A DNA stretch of 62,575 bases, filler included, from Catajapyx aquilonaris (GCA_000934665.2; 3 parts of 3 records of this genome joined end to end with filler, not necessarily neighbours in it), one strand, 5' to 3'. Shown: positions 25,556 to 37,920, counted from the first letter of the whole stretch. Notes: generated from the sequence alone by a model not told the origin. Translations and numbers: made by a program.

Positions 25556-25671
25556 CTGTTGATATGACTGTGACGTAATATCGGAAAGAAGCGCAACAAA
25601 TCTTCTTACTGTGAGTGTTACAGACCCATCATCTGGATACTCCTCTGTCAACAATTTTCTTCAAAAGCTAC

Positions 25672-25783
25672 GGGTGGAAATTTTCCGTCCCACTGATAGC
25701 TGCTGATAACTTGGCAGTACCAGTGGTGCCCATGGCACTGATAATAGTTAGCAGTAACTATCAGTGAGACGAAAATTCCACCC
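25672..25783. mobile_element. Palindromic GGGTGGAA-TIR MITE (second copy 26765-26873)
   Basis: GGGTGGAAATTTT.CGTC.CACTG...CAGTG.GACGAAAATTCCACCC in both copies; the GGG/CCC ends resemble Harbinger MITEs. Confidence 0.75.
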
Positions 25784-26079
25784 ACTGTTTATAATAGGGA
25801 AGCTCATCTATACTTTCCACTCTGATTTTTTAAAACTATACGTCACTGAATTCAAAGGCAGTTTGACAATCGAATTTTGTGTTTGTAAGAATATAGATAG
25901 GCAGAATGATAGCTACAGATGTCAGGTGACAGTTGACAACACAGCTCATGAACAGTAATCAAATGGTGTTTCCCTCTACAAAAATCATGCCAAAGTTCTT
26001 GCATAATAATTATCTTCCATTTCTACAAAGCGAATGCATCCACGACAACGACATCATCTTGAATCCAGAGTACCTATGC

Positions 26080-26456
26080 CAGGGGTGGGCAAACTACGGC
26101 CCGCAAAGGCAATTTGGGCGACCTGCGCAAAAATTTCGGTATTCCTGAAAATGTTGAAAAATTAAAATTGAAAAATTTTATGCCTGTGCCTTTCTTTTTA
26201 ATTCTTTTACATTCACAAAAAAAGTTTTTTTTTTCATTTATACAGGCCATCTTCATTGATATATTTACCCAATTTTATCGATTTTCAGAGAATTTAATGA
26301 TAATTTATGCAATTAATGGCAGTTCACTTAAAACGAAGGATATATAATTTATTGTAAACTTTTTTATAAGTTGAAATTTCTTTTGTTAGATGCGGCCCGT
26401 CAATTTTTTAAAAATCTCTATGCGGCCCACGGAGAAAAAAAGTTTGCCCACCCCTG
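26080..26456. mobile_element. hAT MITE with perfect 8-bp TSD
   Basis: TIR CAGGGGTGGGCAAACT...AGTTTGCCCACCCCTG; TSD ACCTATGC; subterminal CGGCCC motifs. Confidence 0.95.
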
Positions 26457-28209
26457 ACCTATGCTGTAGTAGTCATGGCCGTTTTAAATTGCATCCTTCA
26501 CGTGGAGGAGGTGCTCATCTGCTTATTCATGCCATGGGGGTAAAATACCGGCTTCATGATACTCTGCTTCACATAAAATAACTTTGTGTCAGGTGTGCAC
26601 ACAATCACCTTACACTCGCACTGTTCACCTGTAATCTATGTTGCCAAGAAGTGATAGGGCTGCTTTTTGTTCTCGTCTACTTGTTGCAACTCATTGAAAT
26701 TCCTCGGGATTGTTGTGGATGGTTATACTCGGATTTTAAGGTGGAAGCATTGTCAATAGATCAAGAGTGGAATTTTCGTCGCACTGCTAGTTGCTGCTAA
26801 CTTAGCAGTACCAATGGACGACATTGGTACTGCTAAGTTAGGAGTAACTAGCAGTGGGACGAAAATTCCACCCTAAACCTTCACCGCCAGATACTTGGGG
26901 ATGGAAAAAATCTAGACGGCTATTTGCTGCTGCGGTAAACCCGGGTCAACCATTCCAGGTGACGCTAAAATCTCAGAAGAACTTATCGCAGGTGGCTGCA
27001 AAAAACGGTACTCTTTATTCAAATTCGCAAGAAACTGATTGCAGTGTACCCTGTTATGCTCATGGTGAAGGTCACTGTTCAGGAAATGATGTTTACGAAA
27101 GGTTCTGATTGCATTACCCAGTGCAGTGGTCGGATGAAGTGCTCGGACTAATTTTTTGAAACTATGAACAGCGTATTTGGGAGAAATCTAGTGAATTCGC
27201 ACCCTATCTATCTGTTGCGGTTGAGGCCCTGATACATGTCCACAGACATACAGACGGACGGAGGGACAGACAGAGCTGTTCCATAATACTTTTTTCGATG
27301 ATGAGAAAAATTCTAAAAAGTGAATAGCAGTACGATGAAAATGCGATTTATAGCAGTAACCTTAGCTTTAGCAGCTGCTAACTACTATCAGTACTGCTAA
27401 GTCATTGCTAACGAAAAAGACGAAAATGTTACCCTAATTTTTTAAATCTTTTTATTAAACAGGACGGCGAAACATACTATTTACAGTACATTCTGAGAGT
27501 CAGACGATTCAGTGGATTCATCTTACAGCACACCCTGTAGATGGATTTATTGGGTCTTCCCTACCTGTGGCATTTAACATTTAAAAGGACCACGCCGACC
27601 ACCATGGGTATTAACATTTTTAAAAAGATCAATTCTGGGGCTTATTATTATTCATTAATATCAATCAAATCTTCAATTTTGAAAACAAAAAAACAAGAAA
27701 ACTCAGTCCCTGCGGCAAGAGCTTGCCTGCGGTATTGCAATTGAAAGAAAACCTAGACACCTAGTGCTCAACAGGAAGGAAAAGCAGGAACTAGGAAGAA
27801 TCTTGAACGAAACACAATCTACACTACGATCTACACTCATCAAACTCCCAAACAGGTACTGTTATGGCACTTCTAGTTAGATATAAAGATATAAAGAAAA
27901 CGCACAGTCAAAATCTCAAAAACGGAACTCTGAATCCACACAGCTCATGGGCAATGTAAACAAACACCACAATATATTAAAAATGACAATAAATCACAAT
28001 ATGATACATCGTACCTCACGCAGCGGCACACTCGATACCATGCTCGACACTGAAGGCCGAGCAGGAGTGGCCCAAAAAAGACCAAATCATAACGAAAAAA
28101 CTTAATCAAATACAGGATATGTGAACACAAATCAAGTGTATTGTAACATCACAATCATACCATAACATTATGACAGCAGAGAGCAGACCTGAACATGGCT
28201 TTTCAATTT

Positions 28210-31200
28210 TTAATGGATTCGCTTGTGAGATTTAAGATTTCTGGCTGATGTATATGATTTTTTGCAAATCTCACAAACAAATGGTTTTTCTCCCGTGTGT
28301 GTCCTCATGTGGATCTTCAGATAACCTCCGTCCCTAAAACTTTTCTGGCATACCTCACATGAAAACGGCCTTTCCTCTGAATGTATCCTCCTGTGGGTCT
28401 TCAGATGACTTGCTTCCCTAAAACTTTTCTGGCATACCTCGCAAGAAAACGACTTTTCCCCTGAATGTGTCCTCATGTGGGACTTCAGATGACCAGCTTC
28501 CCTGAAGCTTTTCTGGCATACTTTACAAGAAAACGGCTTTTCTCCTGAATGAATACGCCTATGCTTCGTTAAGTTGTGGCGGTTACTAAACGTTTTCGGA
28601 CAAAAGTCACATGAGAATGGTTTTTCTCCCGTATGAATATTCCTGATGTGTAAGGTCAATGCACCACTGCTACTCAGCCATAATTGGCAGACTTGACATT
28701 GCTTCTTACGCTTATTGCCATCACGTGGTTTGATGATTTCCCTATTTTGATCTCCCTTCTCCACACACACTTCATCTTGGCCTGCCTGAAAAGTAAATTA
28801 TAGTACATCAATTGCCATTATGCAGGGTGAGTGATTGCAGGGCTTGAAGAGTTCGAGAGAAAAAAATCTGATTCATAGGGATCAGTTTTATGAATGAGTG
28901 ATTGAAAAAATATAATTTAAATTCAGATTAATATTGTGGAACTCTCATCTCAGGGTCCCACAAGCTAGATTGATAAATATGCTGTAATTCATGTGAAGCT
29001 CACACATGCTGAACAACCTGAAGCCATGAAGCACCATGATTCCTCCCAGGCAATTTCTCTAGCTTCTACTAAATTGACGAGTCCCCCATTGAATTCCACT
29101 ACCACAGACTACCTGAACCAAAAACCTGCCATCCTGGCAACCCAAACTACACAGTCATGTCCTGCTTCCTACTTCATGGTCCAGAATACAGGGTGCACCT
29201 GCATATCTAAAGTGGTTACCTAGTAGGAAGCCAGAGTATGATAATTATTATCACTGATGGGATTTGGCCATGCTGCCTCTTTAGTAGCAAGACTAATCAT
29301 GGTCATGACCGAAGCAGTAGTGGCGGAGGGGATTTGGTATCCGACTGCTAATCGGGAGGTCCTGGGTTCGAGTCCCGGAGGCCGGCGGTCCTGACCTTGG
29401 TTTTCTGTGGTTTTCCAAGGTCGCCCCAGGAATAATTTCCGGGATCGTACCGTAAAATAGGCCACAGCCGCTTCCTTCCTCTCCCTGTCCTGGAGGAGGT
29501 GCGGGTTAGTCGGGAGTTTCTAACTCGCATCTAGGGGGTCATCTTGGCGAACGGGCCCCCTGAGGGACTGCACACGACCCCCAACTTGATGACATTGCAC
29601 ATGCACCAGTGTCCCCCCCTCCTATCCCCACCCTGTCCCTGCACATAGTGGTATTCCACTCCCCTAAGAGAGCCCATGGCTCTAGCACGGGGTATATAAA
29701 AAAAAATCATGGTCATGTCCTGTGTCCTAGGCAACTAATCTAGCTACCTGGGTCCATCTCTCAGCGTCTCAGGTGATATCATTTAAAAAGGTATGTTGTT
29801 TCCTCTGTCTAACTGAAGAAAAATGTGCACGGACGTCTGGCTGATTTCTGGTTGGTCACTCAACATTTCTCCCTCCAACATTTCTGACTTGTTTCAGCCA
29901 ACATGAGTGTGCCGCTTGCCAGGCAGTGCACTAGTAAGAAACGCCCTGCATTATCATCTGACAGGAAGGTATTTTGGGAGTGAGTAAACTTCAAGCTTTG
30001 TGTTTGTTGTCAATTTGAGAAGGGAAATAAAGCTGTGGATTGTTTACCCTAGCACCAAGATGAAAAACAGAAACCCATTGGAAGTCAGCAATCACAGCCA
30101 TATTCTCATTATTCTGTCATGCTTGTTGCTTTTCTTTGAACTGCTGATGTAAACAATCCACAGCTTTATTTCCCTCCTCCTGCTTGGATTGAAGCCACTA
30201 TAACAGTACTGTATGCTGGATAATTGACATGTTTTTAATTTTACGCCTCACTTGATGAAACCTTGGGATGGATTGCATCAAACCTTCAAGTTTTAATAAC
30301 AGCTATTTCACCATTATTGATTATCCAGACAACTCCACTGACAACAGTGGCAAGTGATAAGCATGGCGTCATAGGAAACAAGTCATTTATTTCCATGTTG
30401 AGGACACATGGCCATGGTGGTCTTCAGAAAGTGACACAGGAATGGGTGGTGTGTGTGTGGACGCGTATTGCTATCCTTGTGAGGAATTTTTGACACGTTT
30501 TTCCTATCCTTGTGAGGAATTTCGTCATTACGAGGTAGGTTTCCTGTACCTCATAGTGAACACAGGCCTCACAAGGATATGGAAAAATCGAAAAATACCT
30601 CATAAAGACAGTAAAAATATATTTCACCAAAATTTCGTGTGTTTCCTTGTGTGTGTAGGTGGGTGTGATCAGGTCTTGACTAAGGTCTGGGGACGGAAGT
30701 CTGTGGTTTTACTGTAGCTGTGGGGACCAGTTCCAATTGTGGGGACATTTGTCGGTCCCCACAGTCTCACACACGCGAAGTGTACCATTACAGTGGGGAC
30801 ATGTGTAAATTAGTGGGGACATGTCCCCACTATTTTCATTTGTAGGTTTTCACAAAAGTCCATTTTTCTCAGCCTAGGTTACTTAGGGTAGGGTAGGTTA
30901 GGTAGGATAGGTTAGGTTAGGTTAGGTTAGGTTAGGTTAGGTTAGGTTAGGTTAGGTTAGATCAGTTTACACTCGCAGTGAAAAGTGATCAATGTCCGTC
31001 CCCACGCCTTAGTCAAGACAAGAGTGCGTGTGTATGCCAGATGTGTAAGCAACAACTAGTGATTGAGATCAATGAAGGTAACTCATTAATCAAGGTAACC
31101 AAAATGATCATGTGACACTATACTAGTGTTATTTTATACATTACTAGGTAGACATGGGGAGGGAAGGGGGGGGGGGATTAACTTCAAAAAGCTGTGTGTG

Positions 31201-33740
31201 TAAAAGTTTTCCATATTTCTCAAGCAAAACAAGCCAGTCCAACAAATAACAGACTGGCTCTCAAGATGTCCAAAAGTGAAAGAATGGGCACATCTGAGCT
31301 ACCCTGTTTAGAAGATTAATGTACGAATATCTACAAAGTGTAATAAGGTTCACTATTGCTTGTCCCACTTCTTTAATCTGCTTGACTGGAATGTTTAATA
31401 GAACTGGGTGAGCATCAATTATTCATATTATATTACACTTTGCAGATAAAGCTTTTTGCTAGGACAAGCAGAAAGTCTGTCTATCATGTTGGGGTCACTT
31501 GAATGTAGCAACATTTCTGCACAATTATTAAAGTTAATATTTTATTAGTACAAGCTTGTAGTACATTATCTTTCTGCATTTCAGGTCTTCATATTGTTGA
31601 ATAAAGCACAATTTCTTGATGCATAATTTTATACAGAAAGAAATTAGTTCATGATTTATCGAAATACTTCATTATTTTCTATCTGTGTATTTCAGTTTTA
31701 CTATACTAGTTGTGGGAGCCATTGATTTTTTTCCCAGGTTTTTTCATCCACATGTGTACTCATTACTATCAGCTACTCTGTTCTGTTATACTGTTATGAG
31801 ACTATTTTCTAGGGAATTTAATATAATATAATTATATATCTTGCAACTTGTGGTCAGTTGCATTCCATAGAATTAGTAGTTTTGTATGACACAAGGAAAT
31901 GAGATACCCATCCATGCCAAATGGTGTTTTTTAGCCACCTTATACTGTATAATGAATTATTGCTCTCCTGACTCCATGAAAGAGTGCCAATATTGATTTA
32001 TTGCTTAAATATGGATGGTACCACTTTTAAAATAATGCAAATTGCAATAATTTTTACAGGTAGTCCTATAATAACATGGGCTACTTCTCTTTGTGCAAAC
32101 ACAAACTGCTGTACCTCACATCCAAATTACATGTAATAATTAGAAATTGAATGCTTTATTCAACAATATGAAGACCTGAAATGCAGAAAGATAAGAGTCA
32201 CATTTTGGCTGACATGAGATGAGCATTGTGTGGCGGTCATGGACCTGTTTATCTTCATCTGAAATGATGTCATGAGTAAATAGCTTACTGCACTTTTTCA
32301 TAATAATTATATTGTGAAGAGTTCACATTATGAAAATATTCACTACCAATCAAGAGGCAGGAAGTAACTGAGACTTGTTACATAAGCACAGGATGGAATT
32401 GCTCATCATATGGAGGACAACTGATGGTTTTGTTGTGTACACCCTGCATTATGTGATATAATGGCTTGCACTTATCGTTAGTGAACAGATGTAAGTTAAT
32501 TTCTTTCTACCCCTTGAGTGTGAATTATTTTGTATTAAAGAGCAGGCAGTAGTCTTTGGGTAGACCCGACCTTACCCTACTTCTTCTGTTATCTGTACTT
32601 TTCTTTTTTGAACAGGGTCATGCAGCTCATGCAGTTGAGTAGTGATACACTAGCTAGTATAGGCCCATTGTCCTGCCAGTGAACTGCAGTCATATATGTT
32701 AAGTTTCCGTATGAGCCATGTACCACATTATTGAACTCTGATTGGATTGTTGGATAGCTAGGTATGATATGCATGAAACCAGGACCTTTGCTTGAAATAC
32801 TACCATGTTATTATTAATAATACTGTAGTCAATAGCATTTAGGATGGGACATTAGGCCTACATCCAGGCAATAGAACATGGGTAAGGAGAGCTAGGGTTC
32901 TTATGCATGATCAGGGCAGGGATAACACACCTAGGCAACCGTTCCCCCCAAAGAAATTAAGCCAGAAAAATACGGAAAAATACCTGCAATGCACCCACTG
33001 CCAATGGGTCGTCTTCATCTTCAACCACCCCTGGCAAGGTTACCAACATCTCTTGTTCTTCTTCCTCCTCCTCCTCCTCTGCTGGCTCCTCCTTGATCTT
33101 ACGAAGCGTGTCTTCTATGAGAGTAGAGTCACCATAGGAGCAAGATGGGGTCTCCTCCTTCAAGCGAATCTGCAAGGTCTCCTCTGTTGTCATCCCACGA
33201 TCATCCCCTTCCTCCTTCGTCTCTTCCTTCTTTATGAGAGTAGGTATGATATGCATGAAACCTTGACCTTTGCTTGAAATCATACCGCCATGTTATTATT
33301 AATAATACTGTAGTCAATAGCATTTAGGATGGGACATTAGGCCTACATCCAGGCAATAGAACATGGGTAAGGAGAGCTAGGGTTCTTATGCATGATCAGG
33401 GCAGGGATAACACACCTAGGCAACCGTTCCCCCAAAGAAATGAAGCCAGAAAAATACCTGCAATGCACCCACTGCCAATGGGTCGTCTTCATCTTCAACC
33501 ACCCCTGGCATGGTTACCAACATCTCTTGTTCCTCCTGTTCCTCCTCCTCCTCCTCCTCCTCCTCCTCCTCCTCTGCTGGCTCCTCCTTGATCTTACGAA
33601 GCGTGTCTTCTTTGAGAGTAGAGTCACCATAGGAGCAAGATGGGGTCTCCTCCTTCAAGCGAATCTGCCAGGTGTCCTCTCTTGTCATGCCCTCATCTTC
33701 TCCTTCCTCCACGTCTGCCTTGTTTTTTATAAGTGACATT
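28210..33740 (-). CDS. C2H2 zinc-finger protein: acidic N-terminal exon(s) plus a six-finger exon
   Basis: Finger exon 28785-28210 has a phase-0 acceptor, six CxxC..H..H units and HTGEKPF linkers. Acidic exon 33740(ATG)-33458 ends CAG|GTATTT in phase 0, with a duplicate at ~33230-32984. The exon joining is inferred from phase. Confidence 0.8.
29309..29490 (+). mobile_element. tRNA-derived SINE
   Basis: B-box GGTTCGAGTCC, conserved core GGCCACAGCCGCTTCCTTCC; an inverted related copy lies at ~54650-54915. Confidence 0.8.
30673..31019. mobile_element. TIR element with internal (TTAGG)n tract, in TG-rich context
   Basis: TIR GTCTTGACTAAGG..TGGGGACGGA ... TCCGTCCCCAC.CCTTAGTCAAGAC; internal GTGGGGAC/GTCCCCAC repeats; (GTTAG)10 at 30911-30960. 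Confidence 0.8.
32759..33730. repeat. Tandem duplication with ~482-bp period covering an exon and its donor
   Basis: TAGGTATGATATGCATGAAACC at 32759 and 33241; near-identical sequence follows each. Confidence 0.95.
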
Positions 33741-33921
33741 ATCCTGCAAATATAAGTGCAGGTCATGTAATCATCACGTGAAGCAGCATCCCAACAATAC
33801 TAATTGCAGAGGTTCATTTCACTCATTTGGAAGCAAGACAGGAAATGAAATAAAGCATGTTAGTTAACCACAGGCACATTCCCATTTTGACAAAAAATGT
33901 ATTTAAAAACCAGTCATTTAC

Positions 33922-34963
33922 CAACCGTGAAACCTGGGTGGAGGGGACCAGGTTCGGGTTCTCTTCCATCAGGGTGGAGGAGAGGTACCTCCGGGAGTAC
34001 AGGAGGAGGCGGGGGAAGGACCAGGGGCGGCCAGGGAAGGGGGGGAGGGGACTCGACTTTAAGAGGAGGGCGAGGACTGCACTGCCAAAGAGTACGGAGA
34101 CCATCACCATCGCCCACATGTCCGGAGTGTACGGTCGGAGCATCGCGTTCCAGGAGTAGCTCACTCGAGGGGCCCTGGTTACGAAGGACACTGTGCCAAA
34201 TCCATGGGGAAAATTGACGTCAACCACCAGGGACATGCAATCTTTAACCATTGTTAATCCAAACACTGCTTTTCTTCGGAGGACGACTCCTGTTGCTCCG
34301 GTGTAGTTTCCGTCTGGAAGTGGCCCATCCAGTGTCACATCGTCCTCAGACCCAGTGGATTCCATGGCCCAATCAAAATTCATGGCCTCGCTGATGGGAA
34401 GAAAGACGATTATCTCTGCAAACATGGGCGTATTGTTTTTCAGGAAGTATTGCATCTCGTTCTTGCTCAGGGCCACCGCGAATGAGCCATTGAGCAACTT
34501 GCCGTGCAAATTCCGGGAATAATCCGGGAAGAGATCCTGTCCGGATGGAGTCACTTCTTCCTTTTCAGGGTCGAACCATCCCCGAGTGACCACCCCTGGA
34601 TGACCCCCCCTTGCAAAAGTGGCAGTTGGAGAGCAGCCCGACCATCCCTGGAAGACGTGCCTGGACCCCTGAGGAGGTGGTGTCCACCCCCGCCAGGAAG
34701 AGGAACCTCTCCGTGACCCCGTGCAGCATGACCTCATCCAGCCCCCTCCCTCCCCCCTCGCTGACCCACACCACGAACTTGTCCCTTCCCGTCTGGATGG
34801 AGACCAGTCTGGCCACCTGCTCCACCAGTGACCTCGGGTCATGGTGGTGGTCGGATGATGATGGTGACCAGAAGAGCAAGAGCAGGTACACCGCGCACTT
34901 GTGCTCCACCGCACCAGGTCTGTGCAACCAAGAGAACCAGTACTCCTTAAGGTGGAAATGAAC
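33922..34963 (-). pseudogene. Divergent ionotropic receptor (IR/iGluR-like) fragment, frameshifted and 3'-truncated
   Basis: LFPDYSRNLHG, S1-like DGNYTGATGVVLRRKAVFG, FVTRAPR..SWNAMLRPYTPDMW, TM1 and pore-region PSTQVSR. One extra G in the G7 run at 34604-34610 splits two ORFs. No downstream TM or S2 lobe is visible. Confidence 0.8.
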
Positions 34964-35302
34964 CTACGTACTTGCTAATCAACTGAGAGTCTAGAATTGG
35001 AATGCCAATAAGAAGGGCTGAAATCAGGGAAACATACGCACCCGATGCAGCAGTAAATGGTGTTCAATCCTATGCATTCCATTCGAATCTGCGTTTTAAA
35101 CTCGATTTAATATGGGCCAATAACCGGCTGGATGTTTTTGTGTGCAATCGCTATTTTCACGACTGCCAACTGTAACAGGCGATTTGGAGGCATGTTCGAA
35201 ATTTTTTATTTGGGATAGAAAACCATTTTATTTGGTTGCATTTACCTTATCAGAGCATGTATACCAGCCCCTGGACACTCATACTACCTTCTGATGTTAT
35301 CA

Positions 35303-35643
35303 CCTGCCGACGCGTTTTGCAGAAGGTGCTCACTTGAGAGCGCCATGAGACATTTCACTCTCCGGATAACTGGCGACCCTACCGGACTAGGCTGAACTTT
35401 ATAGGTACAAAAAGGAAGCGCTACATGCGGGCACAAAATGGCCGCCGGCGACGATGTTGGGTCCACCAATGTAGCGCTTCCCTTTTGTTAGTTTTGTACC
35501 TATAAAGTTCAGCCTAGTCCGGTAGGGTCGCCAGTTATCCGAAGAGTGCAATGTCTCATGGCTCTCTCAAGTGAGCACCTTCTGCAAAACGCGTCGGCAG
35601 GGGTTAGGTGGGAATGTCCAGACCTTATCTTCTATGACCGTGG
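35303..35643. mobile_element. Second copy of the fold-back MITE seen at 25085-25470
   Basis: Near-identical arms and loop; the left terminus is degraded. Confidence 0.9.
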
Positions 35644-36689
35644 CATGTACAGTACCTAACTTTTCACAAGTATTACTGCGAAAGTGGAGCCTGTATGTAG
35701 CTCTTCATCTGTATCGGATTTGATCGAGAGTGAGTTGGTCATTCTGCGTAAGGATGGAAGTGGCAACAACAGTACAGGCAAAAATCTCTTCACCTCTATC
35801 TGAGTTATTAGCATGAACGTATTTTATTACTTGGGGTGTGAGAGTAGGCATCTACGATTTAATGTATTGAAATAAAATTCTATTATGAAAATTTGTGTGC
35901 TGAACCAAAAATGGATATTTTCCTCCTAATTTAGGTTGGCTGCAGTGCCAAGCACCACCGCGGAGTTCCTAAGTATTACACTCGCTCTTGGTCTAAATTA
36001 AATATTAATTGCACCTGTATCTTTAAAACCATGGATCACTCACACGCTGGCGCAACTAGCGCACCTTTCCCAGATTTTAAAATGCCTTTAAAAAAAGATA
36101 ACTCTGAACTTTTCTGACTCACTATTCACTTCATTTCTAATTCATTCCATTCAATTCGTCCGGGACATCTGGGGAACAATGTTCAGGATGTAGATGACAT
36201 CCTAGGTCTGCGTGAGCTGGTCCTTGCACGCCATCTGAATCCAAGTCGGGTTGGAAAAACTGACTAACACCAAGTCCTACTCCTGTGACAAACTCCATCC
36301 GACCCTGAGCTCCAGGGGCTTAGAACAGGATGGAAGCAGCAGCAAGAAGTTGGGGTTCGTCAGTGATGACACATGATGTTATATCCACAGTGTTCGCAAC
36401 TTTTTGAGAAACGGCATTATCTCTACTACCCGTGGCGTAGGTTTGCTGTGTCCAATACTGATATCGATGTCTATGCGACCTTATAGGATTAGTTATACGC
36501 ATAAAATAAATGGAAAGCTGTTCCACCTATTCACAGAAGAGGCAAAAGTATCATAGGTAATAGGTGAGAATATTTTCCAGAACTTTAGATTGTGCACCTT
36601 GAGGTCATTTAATTTAAATGAGATATAATTATAATGGATGAATTTCGAAGTATTTTTATATTTCCGCACTTTAAAAATGTGCCTTTTCC

Positions 36690-36837
36690 CAAGGGGGTAA
36701 TCACGTCGGTACTCCGGTGTACACCTGGGAGTGGTACTCCCTGGTACTCCTCAGGCACCTCACTCTTTATTACTCCGTGGTACTCCTTGAATTTGGTACT
36801 CCAGTGTACACTTTTCAGTCGAGTGATTATCCCCTTG
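36690..36837. mobile_element. CAAGGGG-TIR MITE, copy 3
   Basis: TIRs plus perfect TSD CCTTTTCC. Confidence 0.92.
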
Positions 36838-37670
36838 CCTTTTCCAGTACGTTTTTAGTTACTCTACTTTTTCCAGACATCATAATAAAAAATGTAGGAA
36901 TAGAAAATAATGCTCCTGTGTGCAAACACACGCTCATAATTTTTGCCCCCCTCTGGGTTGATATAATACTCTACAAGTCTACATAGCAAACAAACAACGG
37001 ATTAAGGCTACACTTTTTAGGGTTGCATATTGTAGGCTATACACTCAAATTTATAACGGTATTTAATGAAATCGATGACTGCTCAATACTGGTTACATTG
37101 GCTCCTTCAAAAGAGTAATGCAATGGGCAGCCACGATTATGGACACGCAAATTTTATTAATCTCGATTTTAGTGAACAATTGGTGACTTGAAACATCAAT
37201 ATTAATAAACCACTACCAGAGAACTTGAGATTACAGTTATGTAATGTTCTTCGCGCCTCCTACAGCGGATTATTTAAAATATACAGTATTGCAAAATTGT
37301 GAATTTCAAATGTGGATTTTCGAAAAAGCAGCGCAATCATTTTTTGGCATAGTGATTGTCGTCACAACCTTCTGAGGACCGAGTTCGATCCCCGGATCGG
37401 ACGAAGAATTCTCTCAATTCAAAAGTGCTTCAATGTGTTCTCACAGTGTTTGCGAAATCTTTCTCGGAGTTTTCCAGCTTTGTTCCAAAATTACTCAACT
37501 TTGAATATGAAATCGACAATTAAATCCTCTTCCACTAAAAGTGACAGTACGAGTTAAAACAATCTGGAGCAAGTTATTCTCGGATTAGTTACTAATCACA
37601 GGAGATAACACTATAGTAATATAACATGTAGTAGTCAATGGCTAATAAGATGCTCTCACTGTGCTTTCGC

Positions 37671-37920
37671 CAAGGGGGTAATCACTCAACTGAAAAGTGT
37701 ACACTGGAGTACCAAATTCAAGGAGTACCAAGGAGTAATAAAGAGTGAGGTACTATATCGCCCAAAAAGATAGAGACGATTTTGCATTTGACTCAAGTGC
37801 AACGTGCACTTGAATCAAATGCCAATCGTCTCTATCTTTTTGAGCGATATAGTACCTGAGTAGTACCAGGGAGTACCATTCGCAGGTGTACACCGGAGTA
37901 CCGAAGTGGTTACCCCCTTG
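37671..37920. mobile_element. CAAGGGG-TIR MITE, copy 4, with a nested 100-bp palindromic MITE (37753-37852)
   Basis: TSD GCTTTCGC; nested CTATATCGC.CAAAAAGATAGAGACGATT...AATCGTCTCTATCTTTTTG.GCGATATAG flanked by TA. Confidence 0.92.

Noticed and set aside
24994..25654. Identical ORFs on both strands
   Set aside because: A by-product of the palindrome, with no protein motifs.
29309..29385. tRNA gene
   Set aside because: A degenerate tRNA-like head fused to a SINE body; the same applies to ~54840-54915.
30911..30960. True telomere or chromosome-fusion scar
   Set aside because: Only ten units, in one orientation, enclosed by element TIRs.
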